From Rebecca billardiae RCC1528 (Eukaryota; Protista; Haptophyta): a stretch of DNA of 64,000 bases. Positions 9,987-20,883 of this stretch are shown in pieces. The stretch lies in the NCBI GenBank assembly GCA_965240325.2, contig OZ251230.1:1860001-1924000 (forward strand). The letters are read 5' to 3'. The notes under the pieces are model-generated. The model saw nothing but the letters and a program-made list of their open reading frames with translations. It searched no databases and was not told the DNA's origin. The position numbers and the translations under genes were made by a program. Every line of letters starts with the position of its first letter. The first letter of the stretch is position 1.

Positions 9987-12900
9987 ATGTCGCTGCACTT
10001 CTGGAGCTTCCTCCACGACGACGCGCCGGAGGCCGAGGCGAACGCGCTCCCGGCGCGAGTGAGGCTCTCGACGCCCGTCGTGCAGGTGGCGTGCGGCGCG
10101 CGCCACGTCGTCGTCCTGCGCGTCGATGCGCTCGTCCTCACGTTTGGCGCCGGCGCGTCGGGCGCGCTCGGCCACGGCGCATACGACGACAGCGCGACGC
10201 CTCGGATCGTCGAGGCGCTGCGCGGCGTGCGCACGCGGCACGTGGGGGCGGGTCGGTTCCACTCGCTCGCGCTCGCAGCTCCGAGCGGCTCCGAGCGCAG
10301 CGACGTGTACGGCTGGGGCGTGTGCGGCCTTGGCCTCGCTGAGGAGAGCGCGCTGGCCGAGCCGGTGCCGACGCGCGTCAGCGCGCTCGCGCAGGTGCAC
10401 GCGCACTCGATCGCGTGCGGCTGGCACCTGTGCGCGGCGGCGGGGCCGGGAGGCGGCGTTGCCGTGTGGAGCGGCGACTGGCGCGAGCCCGTGTGGGCCG
10501 ACACGACCGCGCTCGCCGCGCTGCGCGTGCCACCAGGCGGTCTTGCGTGCGGCACCCGACACGCCGCGATCCGGACTGAGGACGCGTGCGCGTACCTCGT
10601 GCGGCTGCGCGAGGACGGCAGCGGCTTCGACGCGCCGTTCGCCGTCGGCCAGCTCAACGGGCGCTGCGTCGGCATCGCCGCGGCCGGCGGGCTCACGTGC
10701 GCGCAGCTGGTACCAACGGAGGCGCTGCAGACACACGCGGCGCCGAACCCTCCGGCGGCGCCGCCCCCGGCGGCGGCGGCGGCGGCGGGCGTGGAGGCGG
10801 AGGCACGGGCCGGGCTTGCCGGCGCGGATGCAGATGGCGCGATGCACTTCGTGCTCGTGCTGGACAGCGCGAGCGACCGCCCGTCCCTGCTCGCCGCCGA
10901 GCGCGTGCTCAGCCGTGACGAGTGTGCGCGCGTTCGCGCGGCGGGAGGCGGCGCGCTGCGGCTGCTTGCGCTCGCGGCCGCGGGCAGCGTGGTCGCTGAC
11001 CTGTCCGCGCGCGTGCGCACGCTGCGCGCGCGCGACGGCGTGCGCGAGAGCACCGATCCGGACGACGCGGAGGGCGCCGAGTCCGGGCTGCCCGGCGGCG
11101 CGGCCGGAAGGCTGTTACTTCCATTACTCAACAACTTACCCACGCTGGGTGTCGCAGTGGGCGCGGGCATCGTGGCGGCGATCGCGCCGCTGGCGCGGGC
11201 GCGGGGCAGCGCGGAGGGCGGCGCGCTCAGCCCGCGCGCGGCGCGGCGCTCCGGCAGCGCCGGCAGCTCGCCGCGCTCCCCAGCCGGCGGCGCCGCCAAG
11301 CAGTTTCGATCCGGAGGAAGCCCGTCCCGCGCCGCGGCGCAGCGCTCGCCACCGCCGCGCGGGAGCGAGCAGCGGCCGCGGCGCGCGGCGGTGTCTGAGC
11401 GCTCGCCGTCGGAGGCGAACCGGCAGTGGCGGGAGGCGCCGAGCGCCGACGGCGCGCAGGGCGCGCTCGGCGCTGCGGAGGCTTCTGCCGAGCGCGCGGG
11501 CCCACCGCCCGCACGGCCTGATGCGCACGCGGCGGCACCGCCCACGGCCACCATTGCACCCTCGACGCAGCCCGGGAGATGGGGGTCCGGCGGCGCGGCA
11601 GCGGGCACAGAGGCAGCTAGCGCGGCGGCGGGCGCGCGCGTCGGTGGGTGGCAGCGCGGCGCGGACGGCTGGCGGCGCATCCCTCCGGCTCCGCCCGCGC
11701 CCGAGCCGCCGCCCGTCGGCGCGTGCGGCCAAGGGTTAGGGTTAGGCGGCTCAGGGTTAGGGTTAGGCGGTCAGCTGCCGTCTCCATCCTGCACCTTCGT
11801 GCCACGCTCGGCGAGCCCCGGAGGGGACGCGGGCGCAGCGGGCGGCGGCGGCGCGCGCAGCCTGCCGGCGTCGCCGTCCTCCGCCGGCGGGGCCGGCGGC
11901 GGCGGCGGCGGGAGCGCCAGCCGCGGCCGGGGCTGGCGCGACGGCGGCGCGGCGCTCGGCGGCCAAGTGCGGAGCTGGGCGGCGCGCGGCGGCGCCGGCG
12001 GCGGCCCCGGCCACGCGCCTCGCGCTCTGGAGGCTGCGTTCAGGCGCTTCGCCGAGGACGCGGACTCGCCCGGACCCGAGTCGGACTCGGCTGGGCCGAG
12101 CGCGCTGCGCGCGACCTGGCCTGCGCCGCTGGACGCGCGCGCAGCCGCCGTGAGCGCGCCGGCATCGCCGGTGGCCGGCGGCAGCGGCAGCACACGGCGC
12201 GCTCGCGGCGCCGCGGCTGGCGGTGTCGGCTCGCCGCCGCCAGCGGCGCCGCCGTGGGTGCAGCCGCCGTGGTCGCAGTCGCGCGGCGTGGGGCAGCCGG
12301 CGGGCGGGCGCGAGCGCGAGCGCAGCCCGATGGCCGCGGCCAGCGAGCCGCCGCACTCGCCACCCTCGCTGCCGCCGCCACCGCCGCGCTCTTCGGCCGT
12401 CAAGGCTTGCTCGCCCGCGGGCCGGAGCGCTCGGCGGCAGACACTCGTGCCGGCCGGCGCGGGGGTCGGCGCCGCGTCGGCGTCGCTGCTCGAGCTGTGG
12501 CTGAGCCACGCGGACGACGAGGGCGCGCAGGACGGCGCGGCCGAGGCCGAGGCCTTCCTGTACAGCCTGCGCCGCGCGCGCGTTGCCTTGACGTGGCGCG
12601 CGCTGCGCGCGTGGCGCGAGCGTGCACGCCGCGCGGCGCTCGCGCGCCGCCGTGCGTCGCACCTGCGCGCCACGCGCGCGTACGCCAGCGTGCGCGCGGC
12701 GATGTGGAGCCTTCGGCTGCGCGCGGCGCTGTGCGCGCGCGAGCGCACGCGCGAGGCCGCGCTCGCGCGCCAGCTCGCGCGCCTGCGCCGGCGCGCGGCG
12801 CTCGCGCGCTGGCGCGGCCGCGCGCGCGGCCGCCACCGTGGCCGCGATGAGCGCGCGCGCAGAGCGCGCCTGGCGCGCGCGCTCGCGCGGCTGCGCGCGC

Positions 12901-14369
12901 TGCACACCGCGGTGCGTGCCGCGCGCACCCTCGCGCGCGTGGGCAGCGTGCGCGCGGACGCGTCTCGCGCCGCGCGCGCCGTGGCACTCTGGCGTGAGGC
13001 GGCGGCGGCCGAGCGCGCGCGCCGCGCGCGCGCGCGCCGCTCGCGATCACGCGCGGCGCTGCGCGCGGCGCTCGGCGCGTGGGCGCAGCGCGCAGCCGAG
13101 GAGCGGCGGCGCGCGCACGCGCGGCGGCGCGCTGCGGAGGCGCTCGGCCGCGCGATGGGCGCGTGGCGCCGCGCGCTCGCCCGCTCGCCGCGCCACCGCG
13201 CCGCCGCGCTCGCCGCGCGCACTGTCGGCGCGCGCGCGCGCGCGCGCGATCTCAGTCGCGCCTTGCTCTGCTTGCGTGCGCAGCGCGCGGGCGGCGTGCG
13301 CGCGGCGCTGGTGGCGGCGCGGCGGCGTGCGGCCCGCGCGCTCGCGCTCGAGCGCGCGGTGCACGCGTGGCGCGCATCCGTCGCCGTGCGCGCCGCCGCG
13401 CGCGCGCTCGTCGTGCGCGCGCTCGGCGCGTGGCGCGCGCCGGCGTCCGCGCGCGCACTGCGCACATGGGAGCGACGGGCGCACGCGCGCCGGCAGCGGC
13501 GCGCGCTGCGCGTGGGCGCTGCCCTGCACCGCTGGCGCGGCGTGGCCGCCAGCGCGCGCGCCTCGCTGGCTCGGACGCGGCGCGCGCAACAGCTCGCCGC
13601 CGGCGCGCAGCTGCGCGCGTGGCGTGCCCACGCGCGCGCGCGCCGCGCCGCGCGCGCCGCGAGCCGCGCCGCTGAGGCGTTGGCCTTGCGGACGGCGCGC
13701 GGCGCGGCGATGGTGCGCGTGCGCGCGTGGCGCGCGACGGCGCGGCGGCGCGCGCGCGCGGCGCGGCTCGCTGCGGAGGCGCGGCGCGAGCGCGCGGCGC
13801 GCGCGCTGCGCTCCTGGGCGGCCACGGCGGCGACTCGCGCCGCGCAGGCGCGCGAGCGCCGCGCCGCGCTGCGCCGCGCGCTCGCGCGCTGGCACGCGCG
13901 CGCGCGCGCCGCGCGCTCGCTCGCGCGCCGCCGCGAGCGCGCGCTCGGCGCCGCGCTCGGCAGCGCTCTGCTCGCGAGCGCGCGCGACATGCTGCGCGCA
14001 TGGGCCGCCTCGGTGAGCGACGAGCGCACACGCGCGGCCCTGCGCACGGCCGCCGCCGAGGCGCGCGCGCTCGGCGCCGCGCTGCGCGGCGATGGCGATG
14101 GCGCCGCGCGCCCGCTGCGCGCCGCGCCGGCAGCGGCCGCCGACAGGCTGCTCTGGACTTGCGGCTATGAGCGGCTGATGCGCGCGCTCCACCGGTGGGC
14201 GGCGCCACTCGGCGTGCGCGGCGCGTTCGAGGCGTGGCTCGCCCTCGCGTTGCTCCTCGGCGGCCCGACCGCGCGGCTGCATACGCACATGGGCACCGGC
14301 GTCGGTGGCAGCCGCGGCGCGCGCGGCCGCGGCGTAGCCAGCGCGCGCTCGGCCGCACGGCGGCTGTGA
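9987..14369 (+). CDS. RCC1-repeat protein with C-terminal Sfi1-like Trp repeats
   Basis: N-terminal RCC1 blades (VVQVACGARHVVVL...FGAGASGALGHG; VGAGRFHSLAL; IACGWH; LACGTRH). The C-terminus has >12 A/L-x-x-W-R repeats in an Arg/Ala-rich helical region. Undetected introns are possible. Confidence 0.65.
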   Translation: MSLHFWSFLHDDAPEAEANALPARVRLSTPVVQVACGARHVVVLRVDALVLTFGAGASGALGHGAYDDSATPRIVEALRGVRTRHVGAGRFHSLALAAPSGSERSDVYGWGVCGLGLAEESALAEPVPTRVSALAQVHAHSIACGWHLCAAAGPGGGVAVWSGDWREPVWADTTALAALRVPPGGLACGTRHAAIRTEDACAYLVRLREDGSGFDAPFAVGQLNGRCVGIAAAGGLTCAQLVPTEALQTHAAPNPPAAPPPAAAAAAGVEAEARAGLAGADADGAMHFVLVLDSASDRPSLLAAERVLSRDECARVRAAGGGALRLLALAAAGSVVADLSARVRTLRARDGVRESTDPDDAEGAESGLPGGAAGRLLLPLLNNLPTLGVAVGAGIVAAIAPLARARGSAEGGALSPRAARRSGSAGSSPRSPAGGAAKQFRSGGSPSRAAAQRSPPPRGSEQRPRRAAVSERSPSEANRQWREAPSADGAQGALGAAEASAERAGPPPARPDAHAAAPPTATIAPSTQPGRWGSGGAAAGTEAASAAAGARVGGWQRGADGWRRIPPAPPAPEPPPVGACGQGLGLGGSGLGLGGQLPSPSCTFVPRSASPGGDAGAAGGGGARSLPASPSSAGGAGGGGGGSASRGRGWRDGGAALGGQVRSWAARGGAGGGPGHAPRALEAAFRRFAEDADSPGPESDSAGPSALRATWPAPLDARAAAVSAPASPVAGGSGSTRRARGAAAGGVGSPPPAAPPWVQPPWSQSRGVGQPAGGRERERSPMAAASEPPHSPPSLPPPPPRSSAVKACSPAGRSARRQTLVPAGAGVGAASASLLELWLSHADDEGAQDGAAEAEAFLYSLRRARVALTWRALRAWRERARRAALARRRASHLRATRAYASVRAAMWSLRLRAALCARERTREAALARQLARLRRRAALARWRGRARGRHRGRDERARRARLARALARLRALHTAVRAARTLARVGSVRADASRAARAVALWREAAAAERARRARARRSRSRAALRAALGAWAQRAAEERRRAHARRRAAEALGRAMGAWRRALARSPRHRAAALAARTVGARARARDLSRALLCLRAQRAGGVRAALVAARRRAARALALERAVHAWRASVAVRAAARALVVRALGAWRAPASARALRTWERRAHARRQRRALRVGAALHRWRGVAASARASLARTRRAQQLAAGAQLRAWRAHARARRAARAASRAAEALALRTARGAAMVRVRAWRATARRRARAARLAAEARRERAARALRSWAATAATRAAQARERRAALRRALARWHARARAARSLARRRERALGAALGSALLASARDMLRAWAASVSDERTRAALRTAAAEARALGAALRGDGDGAARPLRAAPAAAADRLLWTCGYERLMRALHRWAAPLGVRGAFEAWLALALLLGGPTARLHTHMGTGVGGSRGARGRGVASARSAARRL

Positions 14370-14685
14370 CAACGCGCATCACTGCGACGCATCGCCACGG
14401 GGCATGGCGCGCTCGCAGCAGCGGTGAGGTCGACACACCCCGCAGGAACCGATGAGGCAGCCGCGCGGCACGCTTGCTTCGGTCAGCGCAACGCGGCCCA
14501 TGCATCATGCGCGCACGGTCATGGACGAGTTCTCGTCAGCATTTCTCGTCAGCAACGGTAGTCGTCTGTCGGCAGTATACTGCGTTACGACACGACACTG
14601 CGGACACACGTGTCACGTCGTACACGTCATGGGCGGTCATGGCGACCAGTAATCAGCAGTAGTCGTAGTATAGTATCATAATTCA

Positions 14686-16805
14686 TGGCCCGCGGTGCAG
14701 GGCGGAGCGCGTAGCGTGGAGCCCCACCGGGGGCCCTCACTAAGTTACTTGAGTCACTACGTTGTCAAAAAGATCTTTTGATCAAAGAAAAGGGGACGGG
14801 GGACGATTTTTAGGGTTGTTGGAGGGTGAGTTTTCGATTTTTTGAGGGGTACGGTACAATGCTGTCCATCCCAAGCTTAAAAGGCCGCGCCCGGGTCATT
14901 TCGCGTATGTCGTTGGACGGCCGTCACATTGTCAGTAAACGAATCTGCGCCATTGGGTAATGCCCGGGGCCGGACTCCGCCCAGCACCAGACAACAGTGA
15001 TCCACTCCGGACTGGGCGGTCCGGCGATCGCTCCCGGCGATGAGTCGATGACCAGTGGACCTCTCGACCCGCAGTCAAACGCCGGCGACGCGGCGCGGGC
15101 GCGCAAGACAGATCAGAAATCCTGATTCCTGGACGCGCACGCGAACCGGCTCGGCATGCGGAACGCGTTGATGCGCTTGGGGACGCACGACATCGGGCCG
15201 TTCTGAAACGACACCGGGCGAAACTCTACCGCGTGCACGCGCGGACCGGCGGACCGCAGGCCGCGGCGTGACGACTGCGACACTGCGCGACGCGAAGGAG
15301 CAGGTGCTGGCGCCGCAGATGGCGGTGCGGGCGTTCTGCCCGAGCTGCAACAACCCGCTGCTCTCGGGCCAGGTGCATCAGCGCATCCAGGACCGCCGCT
15401 GCCACGTGCTAACCAAGGTGGTGGGCAAGTTGCGTGCGCCGAAGACACTACGCGACCGTGTGCGAGCAAGGCGTGCCAAGATGATCGACACGGCGAAGCA
15501 GGTGGTGATCGAGGCGCTGAGCCTGATCATGGTGAGGCGCATCTTCTCGACCTGCCCGACGCGCAGACCACGCAGGCGTCGCTTCCGGGCGCGTGGGACT
15601 CGCGCACCAAGACGGTGTGGCGCGTGGACCCTGTCGCCAAGGCGGTCAACTCCGCCTGGCCGCTGGAGGTGGTCGCTCGCCGCGCCTGGCCAACCTGGTG
15701 CACGAGGGGCCAGCTGATGGCGGCGGTGGTGCCACCGATGAAGCTGATCTTCGTGCAGCGCAAGGACGCGTCGGGCCCGTTCTCCCACGTGCTCAAGATC
15801 GTCTTCCGCGTCGCGACGATGAGCGTCGCTGCTCTGTGCGCGGCGCGCGCGCGCGCGCGCGCGCGCGACGGGCACGTGGCGCGCCGACCAGCCGTACGGC
15901 GCTGACTGTTGACGCACCTCGCGCATGCGCTACCCCGGCCGCGCCGCCGCCGCCGCCGCGCAGGCATGCTCTCGTAGGAGGAGACGGCGGAGCTGCGCGC
16001 ACACATGGCCGCGCGCGGCTCTCGGTCGGACGGTCGGCGATCACGGGCGCGCTGCCGGCCCGGCGCGCCGCTGAACGACGAGTAGGCCGCGCTGGAGGAG
16101 TACGTCCGCCGCCGCGCTCCGCCTGCGCGAGCAGCGCTCCGCCGCGCCCGACCCGCTGGCCGAGCAGCTGCGCAGCGACCGCGCCATCGCAGAGCAGCTG
16201 CAGCGCGAGGAGATGGCGGCACGCGCGGGCGGCGCGCCCGTGACGCTGCACTCGGCCGAGGTCGACGAGGACGCGCAGATGGCGCTGGCGCTGCTGCTCG
16301 TGTGCGAGGCGTGCGACCAGGACACACGCGCGCTGCGCAACGCTGAGCGCCGGATCCGTTTTCGGCGCCGTAAGGTGCGCAAGGCGCTGGCAGCGGAGCG
16401 CACCGGGGCGGCGGCGCATGCGCGCACGCGGCGCGCTCGCGGTCGATGCGCGGCAACTCCAACCGCCTCGGCAAGCGCAAGCAGCGGGACGATGGCGGCG
16501 CCGCGGCGGCGGGTGCGATGAACAAATCGGACGAGCGCGCCAAGTCCCGACGCATCGCCAACGCCGCCAAGCTGTTCGAGGACATGGACGGCGACGAGAT
16601 CGCGGCCGCGGCGCACGCGGCGGGCAAGCTGGACTGCCAACTTGCGACGCGTCTCGCAGACTGCCACTGCCACTGGGCCTGGCCCATTATAAATCTTCAT
16701 ACGACATTGAGCAGCTACGACATTGAGCAGCCGAGCAGCCGACGGAGGGTGCACCGCGGGCCCCTAACTGCGTTGGTTCTACGGAAGGACCGCGGAACGC
16801 GGTCA
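14686..16805 (+). mobile_element. Rolling-circle-like element, family A (diverged 2.1-kb copy with decayed cargo ORF)
   Basis: Starts A|TGGCCCGCGGTGCA. Inverted copy TGCACCGCGGGCC at 16750-16762, hairpin GACCGCG-GAA-CGCGGTC at 16788-16804, end TCA|T. Both ends match the elements at 37892-40936 and 41086-42377. Confidence 0.8.
15126..16726 (+). pseudogene. Frameshifted cargo gene of unknown function inside the element
   Basis: Coding-like fragments in several frames (FCPSCNN; DRAIAEQLQREE; DEDAQMALAL; CEAC) broken by stops and frameshifts. Confidence 0.5.
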
Positions 16806-17005
16806 TATACTATTAGTCTAATTATTACTATCATACGATGCCAGATTGCCAGCACTGCAGCAGGCCAGCCAGCAGCGGGCGGCAGCGGGCGCGGCAGACC
16901 GCAGTACTTAGCCGCACGGTATGTATGAGTCATCTGACATCTCGGCAGCCGCATCAGTAATTCAGTAGTAGTATAATCTGAGTAGTATATTTCTGAGTAC
17001 TCATG

Positions 17006-17583
17006 CAGGCGGCAATAATCGCGGGCAATAAGGAGCTGTCGTCACGTTAAGAAACTGGGGCTTGCTGCTATCTGCGGATCTGGCCTAGATTCTAGAAACT
17101 GAGACTAGCGATTGGCTGGTTCGCTATACGCATAGTCACGACACTAAGAAACCGGGACTAGCTACTGTCGTCGCGGCTGACCGGACGGAGTGGTCCGCCG
17201 AGGCGCAGTGCCCGTGGGACGCGGCGCGCGGCCCGACTACGAGTACAGGCCACGTCCCGACTCCTCTGATGACTGACTCCTGGACAGTGCACCGCGGCAT
17301 CCATGCAACATCGTTACAGTGCCAGAGTTGCTCCAAAATGGCCCATCAAAAAGTCATTAATTTCGTCGGCCTCGCCAGCCGGGCCTTTGAAAGACTCAGT
17401 GGGGGGCTCTGCCCCCCTGCCGCCCCTGCGCCCCCCGCGCCTGCGCGGCGGGCGGACCTATAGCGCTAATAAGAAACTGAGACTCCGTAGGCACTCGACC
17501 TACACCGAATGACGGCTAAGAAACCGAGACTACTGTAGCCGCAGTGAGATCTGCTCTGACTTCTTATTGCCCGCGATTGCCTG
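17006..17583. mobile_element. MITE with CAGGC...GCCTG termini
   Basis: TIR core AATCGCGGGCAATAAG (17017-17032) is inverted at 17563-17578. Five same-strand TA(A)GAAACYGRG motifs and an internal GGGGGG-CTCTG-CCCCCC hairpin. Confidence 0.7.
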
Positions 17584-17654
17584 TAGTGCATTGATCATCG
17601 GACTGTTCGACATCAGCCACGGTCAACTGCTACTGCTATAATTCGATGACGATA

Positions 17655-17853
<199 letters not shown>

Positions 17854-18123
17854 GCGGTTATATTAAACTATAACGACGATCGGCGGCAGCTAGACCTTAG
17901 CAGTAGCAATTCCTCATCACTGTCAGTTGAGTGCGCTGCTGCGATGAGCCGCTGAGACCCGGCGCCAGTCGTCGGACCGCGTCCGACCCGCCCCGGCCCC
18001 GGGCCTGAGACGCCTCGGAGTCGGAGAGTGACTGAGACGCCTCGGAGTCGGGTGAAGACGTCGGCGGATCACTGCGCGCGGTCGAGTCGTCCACGACGAC
18101 GGTACATGGGACCGGTCGCGCCT

Positions 18124-19215
18124 TCAGTGCGCCCCGCCCACGAGCAATGTTTTGTTCTGATTCGTGCCCTTGCGCAGCACCGTGGGCACCCACCCCTTTG
18201 GCATGGTGCCGGCAGGCGCGTCCAGAGCGGCCACGCCATGCTCGTTCGGGAGGAGGACGCCGAAGCCGAGGCTGGGCGGGAAGATCCCTCGGTTGTCGAC
18301 GATCTCCAGAATGCGCGAAGAGTTGCGCACGTTCGCCTTTAGGTGCGCCCAGAAGGCAGGCACGCCGCCGCGCATCCGCGGGCTCGCAAACGACGACCAG
18401 TCATAAACGTCGTGAAATAAAACGAGCCTGCAGTATGGGCCCACGCGCTCAAAGTCCGCCCGGACCGCGGCGTAGGAGTGATACGCGTCGATGTAGCACA
18501 CGTCGATGAGCTCTCCCCTCGCGCGCATCCCGTCGAGCATGGCGGGCAGCTGCGTCCGCGAGTCCACGTACTTGATGCCGATCGAGTTGAAGAGGCGCGT
18601 CGTGTTCCGCGTCATGAAGTGCATGGTGATGTCGGCGGCGTACGCCTTGAGGGCGGAGCCCGCCGGGGCGAAGCGGCTGAGGAAGGTGGACACGAGGCAG
18701 GCGTTCCAGCCCGTGAACACGCCGTACTCGAGGTACGTGCGCACCGGCGCGGCGTGCGCCGCGACCGTCTGCATCGCGCGCGACACCTGGTCCGGAATCT
18801 GGTACACGCCCTGCGTCTCAGAGTTCGCGCTGCGCGGGGTCATGAACTTGGCGTCCGGGCCAAAGAGGATCCGCCCATCCGGCGTGTTGACGAGGCCAAT
18901 GTCGCGTATGATCTCTACCGCGCGCTGCGTGTCGAACAGCTCATCGCAGGACATCGTGCACATTCGCAGCAGGCCTGTGCACAGCCGAGCGTTTGTGCTG
19001 TGGCCGGCGCGTTGTACAGCACATGCGCGCGCGAGGCTCTGGCAGGCGGGCGACGAGCGACTGCAATGCTGCCGCGCACGGTCCGGCATCGGCGCCCCGA
19101 CGCCGAGCCGGCAGCCGGCCAGGCCGAGGAGAAAGACGATGCTCCAGGACCCTGGCAGTGGTGCCCCCACCATCGCTACACAGATCAGCGTGATTAAATA
19201 AGCATCGGAACCCAT
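18124..19215 (-). CDS. Class I SAM-dependent methyltransferase (Methyltransf_24-like) with hydrophobic N-terminus
   Basis: YLEYGVFTG (motif I), IDVCYIDAYHSYAAVRADF, LVLFHDV, GVPAFWAHLK. The start may be 19215 or the next Met. Confidence 0.8.
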   Translation of the reverse strand: MGSDAYLITLICVAMVGAPLPGSWSIVFLLGLAGCRLGVGAPMPDRARQHCSRSSPACQSLARACAVQRAGHSTNARLCTGLLRMCTMSCDELFDTQRAVEIIRDIGLVNTPDGRILFGPDAKFMTPRSANSETQGVYQIPDQVSRAMQTVAAHAAPVRTYLEYGVFTGWNACLVSTFLSRFAPAGSALKAYAADITMHFMTRNTTRLFNSIGIKYVDSRTQLPAMLDGMRARGELIDVCYIDAYHSYAAVRADFERVGPYCRLVLFHDVYDWSSFASPRMRGGVPAFWAHLKANVRNSSRILEIVDNRGIFPPSLGFGVLLPNEHGVAALDAPAGTMPKGWVPTVLRKGTNQNKTLLVGGAH

Positions 19216-20883
19216 CGTTTTGGTCAAAACTGGGCGCAAACAAAGTCTGGCGGTCTTTCTGCCGGCGGATCGCGTGATGGCAGGGGAGCACTGCAGCTGC
19301 GCCTTCTCCCCCGGGCGACCCGGCGCCAGCGGCGCGGCGCGCGCGCGGCTGCGACTCGGCGCTCGCGCTCGACCCGTACGACAGCCGCACCGGACTCGCT
19401 GCGCCCCTTGGCTCGCTTGCCCACCGAGCGCCGCGCGGACCTGGCATGCGGGCCGCGGGCCATGCCCAAGGTACCAATCATCAAATTTGTGCGACGCCGC
19501 TAGCGGCGAGGTTGGCACCGGCGACGAGTAGGATGGGTTCTTGACCTCCGCACGTCCCACGCGGAAGTCAAGAGCGCGTCGGAGCGGCCGGGGACCGCGA
19601 CCTCGTCGCTGCCGCCGTCGCACAAATTCGCGCACGTCGGCCGTGCCGGTGGGCACGTCGCCGCACGATGGCGGCTGCCTGACAGTTATAATTATAGTGG
19701 CTTAACCCCTTACAGAAAGTGATCAGACTGGCGGCCGAAGCCTCTAATCCCTCTATCATATGATAGCTCTCCAGCCCTACCCTTCCAAGTTCCAACCAAT
19801 CACCACCCATCGACGCGCGCCGCTTCGGCGGCTTCGCGCGGTCACGGCATAACTAAACTTTATGTATTGACATACCCGTATCACACCGAGCTCTTGTCAG
19901 CATGTCCACCATCCGTCCGCCGACGGGCGGAGGGCGTAGACGCCGAGTCGTCGCCGCCGAACGCCTCGGCGTGGTCGCACACTCCCCTGAGGGTGTAAAT
20001 ACAGTCCAGGCGCGACGTCATCTCATCACCTGCGCGCGAAATGAGACCGGCGATGACGTCACCCTTGCAGGCCGCGGATCGGGTCTGATCGGTCCTGACG
20101 GCGGAGAAGTTTTGTGCAACACGGCCCCAGAGCCGGCATTTGGTCGAGTACACCCGCTCGCTGTCCGGTGCACTTGCCGGCGGCTCCACGGGTGTGAACG
20201 TAGTCCGCATTCCCCTCTCCGCGCCCGTGTTTGACCACGCCGCGGTCGCGGCAACGCGCGCGCACCCCGAGTAAGTTTCATCTGTCTGTAACAATTTGCG
20301 GAGCGCGGCCCGGACTGGCCCGACTGCGGCACCGCCCGACGCCGAGGCTTTTGATGCAGAGTGCAGACTCGACACTTATGGCGATACTATATAGCCCCCT
20401 GATCATAAATAATGGTAGTAATTAATGAAAGTAATAATATCTGTCGTACGCGGTCCGAGGCAAGACGGTCCGAGCAGCGGCAAGACGGACACTCGCGGAC
20501 CAACGCTGCTCCTGCTGGCATGCGGTGCCAGCCCGCGCCGCGGGGCGGTGACACACCGCTAACGCCTAAGCTATAATGCTGTCAATGACGCTGATGCACC
20601 GAGTGCACGATTCTGCCAGCAAGGCCAAGCCGCTGCCCATAGTATAGTAGGTCATTTAGGCAGCCGCGGTCCTGACGCCGGTCATTTGCGGCTTATAGTG
20701 CCGGCTTATTCAGGCCGGGCGGTTCAGAATCAGGGGCCGCTGGCGCGGCTAAACGAGCGAGTGCTAAGAGTATAAAGAGAGTGAAGAGAGAGCCAGTCAG
20801 CCAGAGAGAGAGATGAGAGTCAGTCGTGAGCTCAAAAGCTGCCGTCGGCAGGGTTTGAGCCCGCTGAGCCGGGGACGGCAGGC

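Noticed and set aside
11648-14508. Many long overlapping Arg/Ala-rich ORFs on both strands
   Set aside because: These are shadow ORFs expected at very high GC, where stop codons are rare. The same applies across the window.
16213-16521. Fanzor/TnpB-like C-terminus (CEAC...RNAERRI)
   Set aside because: No RuvC D/E/D motifs or RDxNAAxN are visible, so the resemblance is superficial.
17040-17535. CRISPR-like repeat-spacer pattern
   Set aside because: The repeats are only ~13-15 bp, degenerate, split into two groups and inside TIRs. There are no cas genes and the context is eukaryotic.
19812-19845. GCCGC-TTCG-GCGGC stem-loop as an ncRNA or terminator
   Set aside because: It is a short GC hairpin with no recognisable RNA family context.
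19881-20375. 164-codon minus-strand ORF
   Set aside because: It has a non-ATG start, weak codon bias and no motif.
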